Origin: Chrysomallon squamiferum
Taxonomy: Eukaryota; Animalia; Mollusca
DNA length: 64,000 bases
Assembly (NCBI GenBank): GCA_012295275.1
Contig: CM022669.1
Span: 12,338,001-12,402,000 of the forward strand
Reading direction: 5' to 3'
The notes under the pieces are model-generated. The model searched no databases and was not told the DNA's origin. It saw nothing but the letters and a program-made list of their open reading frames with translations. Shown here one piece after another: positions 1-22,867 of the stretch. The position numbers and the translations under genes are program-made. Within the stretch, counting starts at the first letter, position 1, and each line of letters opens with the position of its first letter.

Positions 1-110
1 TTTCTGTGTATATTAACGATGGAGACAGTAGCTGTAAACAAGTTTTTTTACGAAGTAGAAAGAACAACAACAACAAAAACAACAACAACAACAACAACAA
101 CAACACACGA

Positions 111-159
<49 letters not shown>

Positions 160-518
160 AATAATAATAAAAAATAAGTTAATTCAGTATAAATTTTTAT
201 AACATTACGGCCCAAGATGACGAATTTAGCTGTGTCAATAAATAGATGGTTTACAGTAAGTGCTTCTTGTGCTGTAGAGCAATGACCATGTCTTTTCATA
301 CGAAAGGTCAGTGGGATGTGAAAATACAAAGCTGAGCTAGTAATTTGTTCTGTCAGCCTTACAGTTTACAAAGGCTGTCGTACAAATACAGCAACAAGAT
401 AATTAAAATGAAATACGGAAAACGTGTTATATGAAAAACTAAATTGAAAAATTGATCATAATGAAGTGGATGGTCATGCTGTTAGATGATAACGATGGTG
501 CTGATGATGATGACGATG

Positions 519-652
<134 letters not shown>

Positions 653-689
653 GTCATTTTATTTCCACACTATTTATTTGTTTATTTAT

Positions 690-742
<53 letters not shown>

Positions 743-920
743 TCACTATATTAGTTCAAAGAAAGTTGCCGTTCTAATTTCTATGTCTTACTTTAACTGT
801 GTTCAACTCGTGTTCTTTAGGGTTTCAACTCGGGACAGATGTCGGAGTGTACGGAAAGCTTTATCATTTTTCTTTTCTAATCTCAGCGTAGCAGATGTCC
901 TATTAATGTAGAAGCAGGAA

Positions 921-960
<40 letters not shown>

Positions 961-3715
961 TACATTTAAACGAAACAAAAACAAAAAATATGAAAAAGTG
1001 GAGGTTAGAAGATAAAACGTTTTAAATTCCGTTTTCATTTTATTTTATTTTATTTTGGTGTAACTAAATACAAAAGCATACATGCGTGCATATATACAGG
1101 TATACAAATACTCACAAACATACACACTTATACTATCATTTTTCAGCAGTTTTTTAAACTCTTTGTTTTCAAATGTTTGTTTCCATGATCATTTCTCTAT
1201 TTAAACAAAACATAAAACCGTCGTGCATTGTACACACCTCAGACAATGTTCACATACATTACGGTTATGTGATCCAAGCTTTTTTTTTTTTTTTTTTTTT
1301 AAATTGTTTTAGTTATAAAGTTACAGATTATTTAAATGAAGAAAAGTGTAAAGGTTCAAAACGATTAAAATAACTTTTGTAAAATTTGTATATTTATTTA
1401 AATCAAATCATAATATTTCATTTTGTCGTAAAATTATATAAATATATATATATATACAGGCATGTGAATAAATGATAAGTTTTGCAAAACTCTCTTCACA
1501 CGTACATTGAAATGCATCTTTAACTCGCTCGCAGCTGAGTGGGTTTAATAAAACCTCTGCATGTTATTTCGTGTATTGATTCTGAACTGGCATTGTAAAA
1601 TTAAATTATTTATTTCACTTTTGAGTGTTGTATGTCGTAAAACATACTCTCTGCCTCACTTTGTAAAGTCGTTTACACCCGAAAATTTATTTGTCCATAG
1701 TGCATGATGTCACGCCATATATTTTGTGCTATGCAGATCAAATTTCTTTTCAGTGTGTGTAATATATATCTGTCTGTAGAGTAAATAAATAATAATAATT
1801 AAAAATAAAATAAAAAATAAAAAAATAAAAATAAAATAAATAATAATAATAAAAATAATAAAAAATAATAATAATAATAATAAAAAAATAAATAAATGAA
1901 AAAAAAAATGAAATAAAGAAAAAGAAAAATAGCTCTGTAGAGGTACAAATTAAAATATAATAAAAAAATAAATAAATAAAAGAAAATAATAAACAAAAAG
2001 AGAAAAACAAAAAACAAAAAAAGATGAAGAAAAATAGCTCTCTACAAATTAAAATATGAACAAGTCGAGGTGTTTATAGAACACTGTGTTGGCTGTAATT
2101 ACACATGTATTATCTACAGCTGTTCTGTTTAAAAAGTTTGCATTACGTAAAAGTATGCAGGTCCGTGTTAGCACAACCATCCTTCCTTTTAGGTCAATAT
2201 TTATTTAAATGTAATGACAAACATTTTACTTTCGATTTGTGTGTGTGTGTATATATATATATATATACTGCTGTTTTAGATCTAAAGGCATATGTATAAC
2301 CTTTCCTTTTCTCTTGCCCAAAATCACAAAACTGTATCATTTTGTTTACAAATTTTTAAAAATAATTTATTATTATTAGTTATTGTTATTGTTATTGTTC
2401 TTGTTGTTGTTATTACGATTATTTTTGTTATTGTCGTGGACATCATCATTAACAGTGATGAGAGAAAATGAATGAACAGTTATGGCTAGACGTATTAGGC
2501 TAAATTAACAAAGGGTTTAGGGAAAAAAGCAAAAAAGCCCACAGTAACAACAAAAAAAAAAAAAAAAAAAAAAAAAATAACGGTGTCATATTCACTGCTC
2601 TTTAAGTAATTTTTGCGAACACACAAACGCACATTCGCTTTTATTTATTACAGATAACAACGTTCAAGGAGTTTCTGTAATTTATATATTAATATATATA
2701 TTTTTTTTTTATTCTCATGGTTGTGCGAACAACCAGGTGAAGACCAGAGAGCCTTATTCCAAATTTGAATCTGCCAAATTTAATCTGATTAAAAAGAAGT
2801 CGATCAAGATAACCGCGTACGTTACATAAACTAATCGGCGATTTACGATGACAACGGATTTTTAGAGGTAAGTAACGCCCTGGCGTCATTTGTCATTCGG
2901 AACCGGTTCACTGATTTTTACGAATCAGATATGCGTTTCCAGGTCAGTTGGAACAGGTAGTGGATTTTTGAAACTAAAACAAAGAAACCGGTTGTTTTAA
3001 AATCTAGGATTGGGGGAGTATCTGTGACGATCTTAAAAAAAGATATCAGTTTTGTTTTGTTTAGGCGATATCTATATGTACGGATCAGAAATTACAGTGC
3101 ATTATAATGTTACGGTATATTACAGTACTAAATACGTTACCGAACACAACTGCTCTACAATACAGTTCAATACAATACAATACAATACCATACAACACAA
3201 TACAATGTAATACAGTATAATACAATACAGGACAGTACAGTAGAGCACAACGCAATACAATACAGTCAGTCAAGTGTTGTACAATAAATAAGACACATAT
3301 ACAATACAATACAAAACGGAAGAGTAGAATATTACACAGACAAGTACTCTGTAGCACAATACCATAAAAATAATTGAAAAATGAACTAAAAAAAATAAAT
3401 AAAACAGCACAGAAAAATACAGTGCAGTGAATAAAATTAAAAACGTTATGGAACCATAAATAAATAAAACAGGACAGGATGGTGTGAGCTGTTGTAATGA
3501 AAAATATCTGCACTGCTTTTTATTAGACTGACAGGATGCGCTGTCTGATACCTTTGTAAAGAAGCCTCTGGCGATACTTGACCTTTTTGTCGTTACTGGA
3601 TATTTGGATGGGGTTTGATCGCACTGAGCTGCGTAAACATTCTTTTGTGATTTGTTTTTCACTTTTCATCACGGATGGGACAATTCGTGCTAGCTGTGTA
3701 ACATTAGCCGAATAG

Positions 3716-3778
<63 letters not shown>

Positions 3779-5085
3779 TATTTTTTATTTTTTGAAATTT
3801 ATTTTCAAGTAAATGTTGATTTCAGAAGGACATTCAGGATTTATTTGTGTTGAATTATAACGATCAAAATTAAGTATGTTACATTAAGAAGAAAGTCGGA
3901 GATAAAAAGTAACATGGATTAACTAAAAGGGTGTTTGTAATTGTGCGAGTAACGGTAATAACGTGTTAAATGTAGATCCTGATTTATCGTTCATGTCCCT
4001 GTGTGTATGCACACGCCTATTAATTGTGTGATTTTATGTCTTGTTATGTATGAGTTGTTTGATCGTTCGTGTTTGTATTTTCTTTTCTTTCTTAAATTTT
4101 ATTGTTTTTAAAAATTAATATCCGTATAACATTTCACACACACACGCACACACACAGACGCAGACACACACAAAACCTCCTAAAAAAAAAAAAAAAATGA
4201 AACAACATCAATATAACAAAACAAACAAACAACGCTTTAAGCTAATAGCTAACTAGGTTACGTGCAAGAAACAACACAAAGATAGCCGCCTAGACTCTGG
4301 TTTCTGATTGTATATTCTAACAAAGGAGAGGGGTTTCTGTCTTCCTTGTAAATACAAACTCATTCATAACTAAGTGAGCTGGAATGGTGTAACATCTAGT
4401 GACGTTGAGTTATTCATCATTTGCTAGGAGGCTGTTAGTAATGCTGCAAGGGTTAGGGTCAAGGCAAGACCCTTGAGCATTGACAGAAGGCAGCCTCTTC
4501 ACCATTCATTTCCACTTTGTTCGGACTATCTACTGTTCATTTTGCACATTCATGATGCTGCCTTTTCGAGACATGTAACGTAAGTAACAGGCAAAATGTG
4601 TGCTATAATCATTATGTTCACTGTTTGTACACTGGTGATTCGGTTGCAAATCTTCGTTACGGTTTCTGGAGCAACTCCGCTATTTATGATTGTGGCACTA
4701 ATGCAAAGTACAATATAGACACATCTTTATTGGAGGGTCTATTCTTTCTTCTTTTTTATTTAAAAGTTTTAAGTGTTTTGTAATATATAAAAATGAAAAC
4801 TATAACAATGCTTATTGTACTTCACTGAGATACAAACATGCTAAGACATCCAACCCCGCAGAAAAAAAAAAAAAAAGAAAAGAAAACCAGAAAATATTTG
4901 TATTCAAGTTTAATGAATTTTACTTTTGTACGTTTTAAGGCATTTGAATTGACTAGTGACGTAAACATTATTTATCTTAAGTTTTTGTAATGCAGCATTT
5001 ATTAGTTCTCCTAAAACAACTTCACCTTTTTGTCGTTTAAATCGCTGTTTTTAAAAATGATTATATGTTTTTGAACCAGTGTCTC

Positions 5086-5139
<54 letters not shown>

Positions 5140-5470
5140 TCTATTTTTTTCTTATTTTTTTATAATTAATTTTCTTTGGTTTTTGTTGTTGTTGTTAGTT
5201 TGTTTATCTTTTTTTAAGTTTTGTGAATATCCAAAGATCAAAAGTCCTGTTTGAGATAAACTGGTATTTAAATAAAAAATATTGCTTGGAATGCTATGAA
5301 ATAATTGAGTTTGCCTGTATTACTATGTGATTATTAATCGGTAAATATTATTAATTTTAACAAAGAACTACAACGCTAAACTATTATTTGAAACACTTCG
5401 AATAAGGGAAATAACTCACACAGAACAATAATACTCTAAATAAGTTATTTCCCATTTTTTTATTTTTTTA

Positions 5471-5547
<77 letters not shown>

Positions 5548-5981
5548 GTTATTTTAAATACATTTGATTATTTATTTTTATTGTTAATTCTGCTGTTGCT
5601 ACTGCCACTTATAATTTTACAATGATTTATTCAGTATAAATATTCCTTCAATTCTTTTTTTTCTTCCGTTATTACATGAACTGTTTCACTGAACGCCCTC
5701 CCAGAAAACAACAACAAAACAACCCCAAAAATCCCTTAAAGTTAAATTCTATTAAATGTTTTGTCTTTTCTTTTTCAGGTTCACGCTAAGTGAATTCAGT
5801 TCACTGAACAGAAATGGTGACGTAGATGGCTCAGAATTCTTCTTCCTGGCCACAGGGAGCTTAATCTTATCTAATTTATATAACAACGAAAAGAACACGA
5901 CAGTTTTTTTTGTTTTTTTAGATTATTAGTGCCGGATCATCAGGGTGTATGTTGAAATATAAATCTGTGGCAAAAAAAAAA

Positions 5982-6013
<32 letters not shown>

Positions 6014-6151
6014 ATTACAAAGAAGATGTACATTTTCCTTTGATGGAAAAAAAAAAAAAATCATTGTTAGTTAAACAGTGTTTAATATTTAGTGTTTAAA
6101 TAGTGTTTACCATCACTGTGTTTTAAATAATTAAATGTTAAAGTCAACACA

Positions 6152-7138
6152 ATGAGATTCAATATGAGAAACATCATTAAGAAACTGACGTTGCTCCTAA
6201 TTCTCGTTTGCCTCATGCCGTTCCTGAAGCTGCTGTTGCCAGCACCGCTGCAGTACGTGGACACCATTCATCTGGCTCGGCTGGCGGTGGAGTGGCAGCG
6301 GTTTCCAGTCGACTCGGAGGCTGTGAGCACGGACAACACGACGATCCCGGTCTACGTGGACGAGCAGGCGATCAGAAAACACCTGCGGGACACGTGGCAC
6401 CTGCCCGAGGTGAAGCAGCTTCAGAACGATTCGCTCATGAAGCACTTCATGCCGACAATGACTCAGGAGGAGCGAACCAGCCTCCTTGTCACCTTCGAGA
6501 CGTTCGTGCGCGCGTGCGAGTGGGCGAATTTGACCTACTTCCTGTTCTGCGGGTCGATGCTGGGCGCCTACCGCCACCACGGCTTCATTCCCTGGGACGA
6601 CGACGTCGATCTCGTCATGGACGGCTCCGACTGGAGGAGAATCCGCGACGTCTTGTCACGCGTGCCGGGATACGAGCTGTTCGCTCCCAGCAACGTTCAG
6701 TGGAAATTCTACAAGAAAGACTTGGCCTACGTGGCCGGGAAACCTTTTAAATGGCCTCACATCGACATCTTTTTCTTCACCGAGGACTCAACGCATCTGT
6801 GGGCACTGACTGGAGGAATAAAAACAGAACTGGTTATAAAGAAAGAAGACATTTTTCCTCTCCAGATGCGTCCGTTCGAAAACCGTCACGTTGCGGTGCC
6901 GTGTAAAATGGACGAAATTGTTATTCGCCAGTACGGAACGCACAACTGTGTTTCCTTGGCTTACATGCATAAAACCAGCGTAGACGTTGCTAGCTTTGAG
7001 ATGCCTTGCACTAAACTATTCGACATTTTTCCTTTCGTGTTTAGGCAGAAGGACCCGAAGTCCGGGAATGTAATGGAAACTCTGAAGAAAGGTAATAAAA
7101 TATTGAAAACTGTATCCGTACCACAGCAGTGTAGATAA
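6152..7138 (+). CDS. LicD/fukutin-FKRP family nucleotidyltransferase-fold phosphotransferase, type II membrane protein, 328 aa, single coding exon
   Basis: Uninterrupted ORF. N-terminal signal anchor (KKLTLLLILVCLMPFLKLLL). Canonical LicD motif GSMLGAYRHHGFIPWDDDVDL, followed by WPHIDIFF and IFPLQMRPFEN...VPC. An upstream acceptor (tttttcag|g, 5778/5779) suggests the 5'UTR begins in this exon. Confidence 0.9.
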   Translation: MRFNMRNIIKKLTLLLILVCLMPFLKLLLPAPLQYVDTIHLARLAVEWQRFPVDSEAVSTDNTTIPVYVDEQAIRKHLRDTWHLPEVKQLQNDSLMKHFMPTMTQEERTSLLVTFETFVRACEWANLTYFLFCGSMLGAYRHHGFIPWDDDVDLVMDGSDWRRIRDVLSRVPGYELFAPSNVQWKFYKKDLAYVAGKPFKWPHIDIFFFTEDSTHLWALTGGIKTELVIKKEDIFPLQMRPFENRHVAVPCKMDEIVIRQYGTHNCVSLAYMHKTSVDVASFEMPCTKLFDIFPFVFRQKDPKSGNVMETLKKGNKILKTVSVPQQCR

Positions 7139-7564
7139 CACAGCTAAGTAACTGATATGCGCTTCACTAAAATATCAAATGTTACTGACTGGTTAAATTT
7201 ATAACAACAATAACAGCAGCGGCAACAACAACAAGAAGATAAAACCCGTAAAAAACCCCAACTAAAACCGCTTCCAGCTTTACAGAAAGTTTTCGTTATG
7301 AAAAATCAATGAAGTTTTATTGCTAAATCAAAACAGAACTAATGTAGTTTTTCATGAGAGTCAACCGGTTTCTGTGATATTTCACTCAGCTACTGTGACA
7401 ATCATGTTTTGAACATGTTTCAACTCTCTGCCATATAGTATTACATCTCGACATCTCTCATGTCTTCCGAGAAGTAAATATATTATGTGAATTAATCGTG
7501 CCAGTGAGTAGTAATTAGAAAGTAAAAGCATAAAGAAGAGCACCAACTAAACGTAGAGAAATAT

Positions 7565-7758
<194 letters not shown>

Positions 7759-9063
7759 AATTTTGTGTAATTAAAGTGATCAGTTTGTGCTTCCAAAAGC
7801 AAATGAATAAATAAATAATTAAAATAAAATAATAAAAAGTATTTTCAGTGTTATGATTAACATCGTACAATAAAATCTTATCGGATCTAAAATAACTACT
7901 TTTTAAAACCGTACAGTATGCTTGTTTGTTCAAAAATTGTATTGGAGTAACGATAATAACACATCCTATAATAACTATATGAAGGGAGGATGTGCAATAG
8001 AATAATTTTATTTTGCCTGTTCTTTTTAAACAATTTTTTGTGGTGTAAAGAAAATGACGGGTAAATGAAATTAACGCTAATAATAATACGCATATCGAAG
8101 TGATTAAGTGACTGACAAAGTTGATATGTTTGTTAGCTTTATTTAAATTTTGTATTGCTTTAGCACTTCTTTAATAATGACCCGGAAAAGATAATTAATG
8201 CTTTAGCGCATATTTAATAATGACATTCCGGATGATTAATTACTTTTGAATGCACAGCTATATTTTAATGCACAAAAACATCAGTGACATAAATTACTTT
8301 ATTTATTACGTGTTTTTTTTTCCTCTGTTAAGTGTTCGCATTATTTTTAAGAGACAAAATTATCTATCATGTTCAGTATTAATTTTGAATTCTATATATA
8401 TAGATATATAGATATATTGTTTTGTGATTATTAAACAGTATTCAACGGATTTCTTTTTTTTATTTTCTTCTTTTTTAATATAATTAATATCACTTATACA
8501 TTTTGGAGGCATACAGTAATTATGTATTACCTGAAGAATGCAGTTTTTACAAACCTATTTTGGTTAAAAAATTTAGTTAATTTTAATATGCGCACACTTC
8601 TTAATTAACACATTCACACACACACACATACATACACGTATATCTATTTAAATTCATAATTCAGATTCGATAGAAATTTTAAAATGTAGTTTTAGTTATT
8701 TTTATGCTATGTATGTGTACCAGCAATTATGTTAAATAATTTCTTAAATTATCATTTTGACTGGGTTAAACAGAATACTATGTCAGTATTGGTATTTCTG
8801 ACATCAGTAAGCACTATGGCATAACGGGAGAATATATGAAACCCAGATGAGTGATAGTTATTGTTGTAGTCTGTTGGAGTCTGTTATATTTACCAAATAA
8901 TACCGCTTGCTTATTGGGATTTTTTGTTGTTGTATTTTAGAGCTTTCTTTCCCGAAAATGTCAACGAATTTTATAGACCAAAATATGGTTTTCTGCTATT
9001 AAAATATTAAATATGTTGCTTATTTTTTGTTAATGATTCTGGTGTGTGTGAGACTGTGTCCAT

Positions 9064-9455
<392 letters not shown>

Positions 9456-9759
9456 TTTGAGCAGAATAGCCTTTTAAAACACATTTTGAAAAATCATAGA
9501 AAATGAAAAGGTCAAACATTAAGTAACAAGAAAATAAAACTTTCAGAAGACATTTTGTGTTCTGTTCACGTTTAGAAGGGATAAAATTAGAACCGCATTT
9601 GAAATTAATTTAATTTACACATTTTATGTCTGTTGGTGAATTATTCTTATTAACAGACCTCTTTTCAGTCCCGATACTGATAATCCTGAAAGGTTTTGCA
9701 AACAAGGAAGTCAAACCTCCACTCGGGTATTTGTCAGAATATCCAAGCTTATGGCTTAG

Positions 9760-10047
9760 CTGGGGTGGATCCAGCTTTTCTGACATGGGAGGGGGGGGTC
9801 CGACAAAAAGGGTACCACACCATTATTGAAAAATTACCCGCAGTTCACATGGACCATAATATAATAGTGCTACAACAGGGACATTGGTAGATGTATTCTA
9901 CGGTGTTTTATACACAGACAGAAACTTAATGAAACTAAATATTTTGTGAAAACCCCCCCCCCTAAAAACCCAAACTAAAGAGGGTCTTCTCATATTAGAG
10001 GGGAGGTCCGGACGCCTTGGACCCCCCCCCATCAAGATCCGCCCCTG
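9760..10047. mobile_element. Degenerate hAT-like MITE (CAGGGGCGGATC-type ends)
   Basis: Left end ctggggtggatcc, right end gatccgcccctg, with G/C-rich subterminal runs. No clean TSD. Confidence 0.5.
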
Positions 10048-10777
10048 GTTAGGAAATGGTAAATTCCATTAACGTCTGTTTTGAAGTAAAGATCTCTGAA
10101 CCTGCATCTCACAGTGTTTCTAGCCTTTATTTTAGTTCACTAGCTTATTTGAGGAATACGTCCATTTCATTTTACAGTCAACCCCGCCTAGATCTTTGTG
10201 TTATAACTTCGAGTCACATTAATGGAGACAAAATGGCTTCCTGCATTCATAAATGTATATCGTGTCATTTTATTCTGAATTTACGCTTTTAAAAATGTAA
10301 TGTTATCTATTAATAAATGAGAAGAGTTAAAAAAAAAATTAAAAAAAGAATAAAAAAAAGAAAGAAATTAGGAATGTGGTTGATATGACAAGCCTAAGTA
10401 AACCTAAACAGTTTCTGTTGTCTTTTTATATTTCCATTAGCTGTAAAGTAACCAACGTGAACAAATCATTCAACAAACCCCCTGTGTAGATTTAAACTGC
10501 AACATTACCACATTCAGTATTAGTGTTTATATTAAATAAAAATCGAATGTTCGTTTATTCGACTTGTTAGTTTTTACAGTAGTCATGTATTTTAGCCGTG
10601 CTATTTTTTTTCTGTGACAGTTTACAGTACGATGATCAGAGAAGATAACATTATGCATGAGTCATTCTTTCTGAACCCGTTCAGACAAAAATTGTAAGCT
10701 CTTAATAACTAGGGTCTTATATGCTACCTGAATATTTATTTATTTATTTTAAATTTAATTTAATTTAATTTGATTTA

Positions 10778-10831
<54 letters not shown>

Positions 10832-11444
10832 TATATCTAGTTGAATATAGATAATTTTTATTTAATTTATTTATTTATTTAGTTTTATTATTTTATTTTA
10901 TTATTTTATTATTTTTGAATTATTAATAATAAGTCTTAAGAAAGTACAGATTTTCTTGAGGTTAAATATTTAACTTTTGGCTGCAAAATAAAAATTACAC
11001 TACATACCAAATACATTATTTTTATACTTGATGAATGGTAATTATGATTAGAAAACAGAATTCTTTTAAAATCATTTAAAAAAAATGAAACAAAACAAAC
11101 AAAAAATCTAGCAAATATCGAATATTTGGTGAGTTTATGGATGAACAGTCAACTCTTTTGTCCGTGTTCCATTCCATTGTCCGGTTCCAACAAAGTGCTC
11201 CGCCACTGATGTAGCAAACTCTTGATATTCGTGCTTTCAAATATCAAAGTGTGCATAAAGGATTACTCACTGCAAATTTTATCTCTCTTCTTTGTTTGAA
11301 AACTCTGATTGACCACCAGAAAATACGAACAGTCATTCATTCATCACGAATGATGTTTTGAGCAATTGCAAACGTATCTTCAAATACTCGTTTATATGTA
11401 TGTATGTGTGTATATATATATATACTCATACACACACACAGATC

Positions 11445-11518
<74 letters not shown>

Positions 11519-11769
11519 AGGTTATCTCACAGCGCAACAGATGCAATAAATAAAATAAAAATATATATAAATATGTATACATGCGCGTGCGTGAATGTGT
11601 CTATGTGCATATACATAAATTTAATGAATAGCTGTAAACTTGTTAAGCAACGTTCCAAAATATTTAACGTTCGCTAGTGATATGATAGTTACAAACAAAG
11701 CTAAAAAACAAACAAAAAAAACGAGAAGAAGAATAGAAAAGTTATTTTTAGAGTGGATAGACAACTTCT

Positions 11770-11865
11770 TTTGAACGAGGAAGTACTTGCAAACCATACA
11801 TACACTCCCTGTGTGCAGGTGATATCACACTTATGTCTTGTCAACCGTATCGCTGACACTCTGTG
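11770..11865 (+). promoter_or_regulatory. Candidate promoter / non-coding first exon of the IgSF receptor
   Basis: GAGGAAGT (ETS/PU.1-type) at 11777-11784 and a strong donor ctgtg|gtaagt at 11865/11866. The acceptor at 14570 requires an upstream exon. Confidence 0.4.
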
Positions 11866-13138
11866 GTAAGTAATAATATTTTATTGTTCTGTTTATTTTG
11901 TTTCAGTTACTTCTTTTAAAGATATACGGTTTACGCCCTATTTGGAGAACGTTTTATTTAGACGGAGATTCAACCGGTATTATGAAATTTCTGGTTTTTG
12001 TTTTGCTTGTTTTTAACAAGGCGTTATAACACATTTGTGATACGATCTTTTTTTTAAAAAAAAAAAAAAAAAAAAAAGTATTTGCCTGTTAGCTTAACCC
12101 CGTTTCAGGACTACGCTGAATAGATATAATATCTGTGAAAGAAATGTCCAACAAATGTAATAAATATTATACCACTACAGCTGTTACTCCGACAGTAACA
12201 GCAACATCAGCTACTACTACGACTACTACTACTACTACTACTACCTTAACAGCTGCTATTAGTACTACTACTACTACTACTACTACAACAGCTGCTATTA
12301 GTACTTCAACAACTACAACGACTGTTCTACAACAGCTTCTGCTACTACAACAAACTGCTACTACAGCAGCAGCAGCAACTAATTTTATTACAACCTCTTC
12401 TACCAGTACTACCACAACAACAACTATCCTACTACGACTGGTAATGATCAAGATAATTACTCAATGTACAACAGTAAAAAATAAAAATAAATAAATAAAT
12501 AAAAATAATAAAGTAAAAAATTATGATTATTATACAAATACCAAAATTACCATTACTACTGCTACGACTACCACCACCATTATTATAATACCAGTACTAC
12601 TACCACTACTACTGCTGCTATTACTACTACTACTATTACTACTACTACTACTACTACTGCTACTACTACTACTATTCCTAATAATACTAATAATACTACT
12701 AATAATGGGTTAATGATAATGATTACGACAATGATGATGATAATAATTATGCCAATACTACTGATTCATTTTATTATAATAATACAACAAAAACAACTTT
12801 TCCTGCAATAGCAAGAATAACTCTGACATTAGTATTAATATAAGTACTACTCTACTTCTGCTAGTACTACTACTACTACTGCTACTATTAACAATAATAA
12901 TAAAAATAATAATAATAACAAAACAAAATAAACAAAATTTAAAAAAAAAAAAAAACAGAAAAGAAAAGAAAAAGAAGACAAAAAAAATCATATATATATA
13001 GACATTCATTTAGGAAATAATGATTTAAAAAAAAAAATCATAATAAAATAAAATGAAAAAAGAATCCAAATAAATAAACCAACCAACCATCCAACCAACC
13101 AACAAACCTACAAATAAACAAACAAACAAACAAACAAA

Positions 13139-13174
<36 letters not shown>

Positions 13175-14581
13175 AATAATAAATAAACAATGATGATGAT
13201 AAATAAATAATAATGATAAATAATAAATAAATAAATAAATAATACTAATACTAATACTAATATTAACAGCCGTGGTAGTAGCAGTAACAGTAGTAGGATG
13301 AGGAATAGGAAATTTGATCTAGCGATGTCTTCAGCTATTGTTTACTGAACTGACGTCATTTAAACTTTGAAAAGTGTGACCTGTGTTTTTCTTTCTTTGT
13401 TTGTAAATGAATACTCGCGGCTGGTTCTCAGTTTAGTTAACAGATTAAATAATTCTTGAGCAGTTTAATCTAATTTAGCACATATAAATGGAGAACAAAA
13501 CATTTTTTTTTTTTTTATTTTTTTTTTTTTTTTTTTTTTTTAAATCAAATTCACTACTGGACAAAAAGGAACAAGAAGGTATTGTAGATTCCTGCAGCCT
13601 GTAATGTATTACTGTCATTGTTCAGTGCAAAATAGTCACACACACACACATTTTTTTCTCCGGTAAAAACATGTAGAGGTACAGATCTAGCACCTTGCCA
13701 GTTGACTTGACTGCATAACTGTTTGGCATCCCTCTGTAGTTTTTACATAGATATGTATAAATGAACTGACTTAATTTTACTGTTGTGATTATTGTATTTA
13801 TATTAATTTGTGTGATTTATTTATTTATTTATTTTTATCTTTGTCGAGAAAAGCAAAAAAAAGAACACATTAAAACACATGAATAATTCAAATATAATAA
13901 ATAAGTATATAAACCAATAAATAAAAATAAACGGTTAATAATAAAAACATAATAATGTAATGAATAAATAAGTACGTGAGTAAGTAAGTAAGTAAATAAT
14001 AACAACACCAATATATTTAAATAAAGAATACAAATAATAATTGAATAATAATTAAAAAAAACTGAATGAAAAAAAACAAATAATAATAAGAAGAAATAAA
14101 CAAATAAATAATATAGTAAATAAATACATATAGATAGATAGATAAACAAATAAATAAATGAATAAATAAATAAATAAATGAATAAATAAATAAATAAATA
14201 AACAAACAAACAAATAAATAAATAAATAAAATAAAATAAAATAAATATAGTGAAAACAACATAAAGACTATCAACAACAACAACAACAAAACAATAATAA
14301 TAATAACAACAACAATAAAACAATAATAATAATAATAAAATAAAAAATGAAAAACGAAGAATTAAAAATGTGGGTCACGTGATATCAAGATGTGTGAGTT
14401 AGATCCGGTATGATACACATATCCTGCTTTCGAAGGCAACTTCTCTTCTCGAGGTTGAATCAACAGGGAAGCCATAGTAGTGTGTTATATCATTTTTATG
14501 ATAATTATGTGTTACATTCAGAAACGATTAATTTCACAGTTTTGTGAATAAAATATATATGCTTTTACAGGAAGAGAAACC

Positions 14582-22867
<8,286 letters not shown>

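Noticed and set aside
4300-4790. Complex block upstream of the LicD gene
   Set aside because: No ORF, TIR or RNA motif that I could identify.
6197-6750. Overlapping ORFs 6208-6750 (+) and 6197-6580 (-)
   Set aside because: Shadow frames of the GC3-rich LicD CDS with no protein-like features.
12135-12494. Thr-rich mucin-like ORF upstream of the Ig receptor
   Set aside because: Made of degenerate (ACT/ACA)n repeats with no splice signals, and it lies upstream of the signal-peptide exon.
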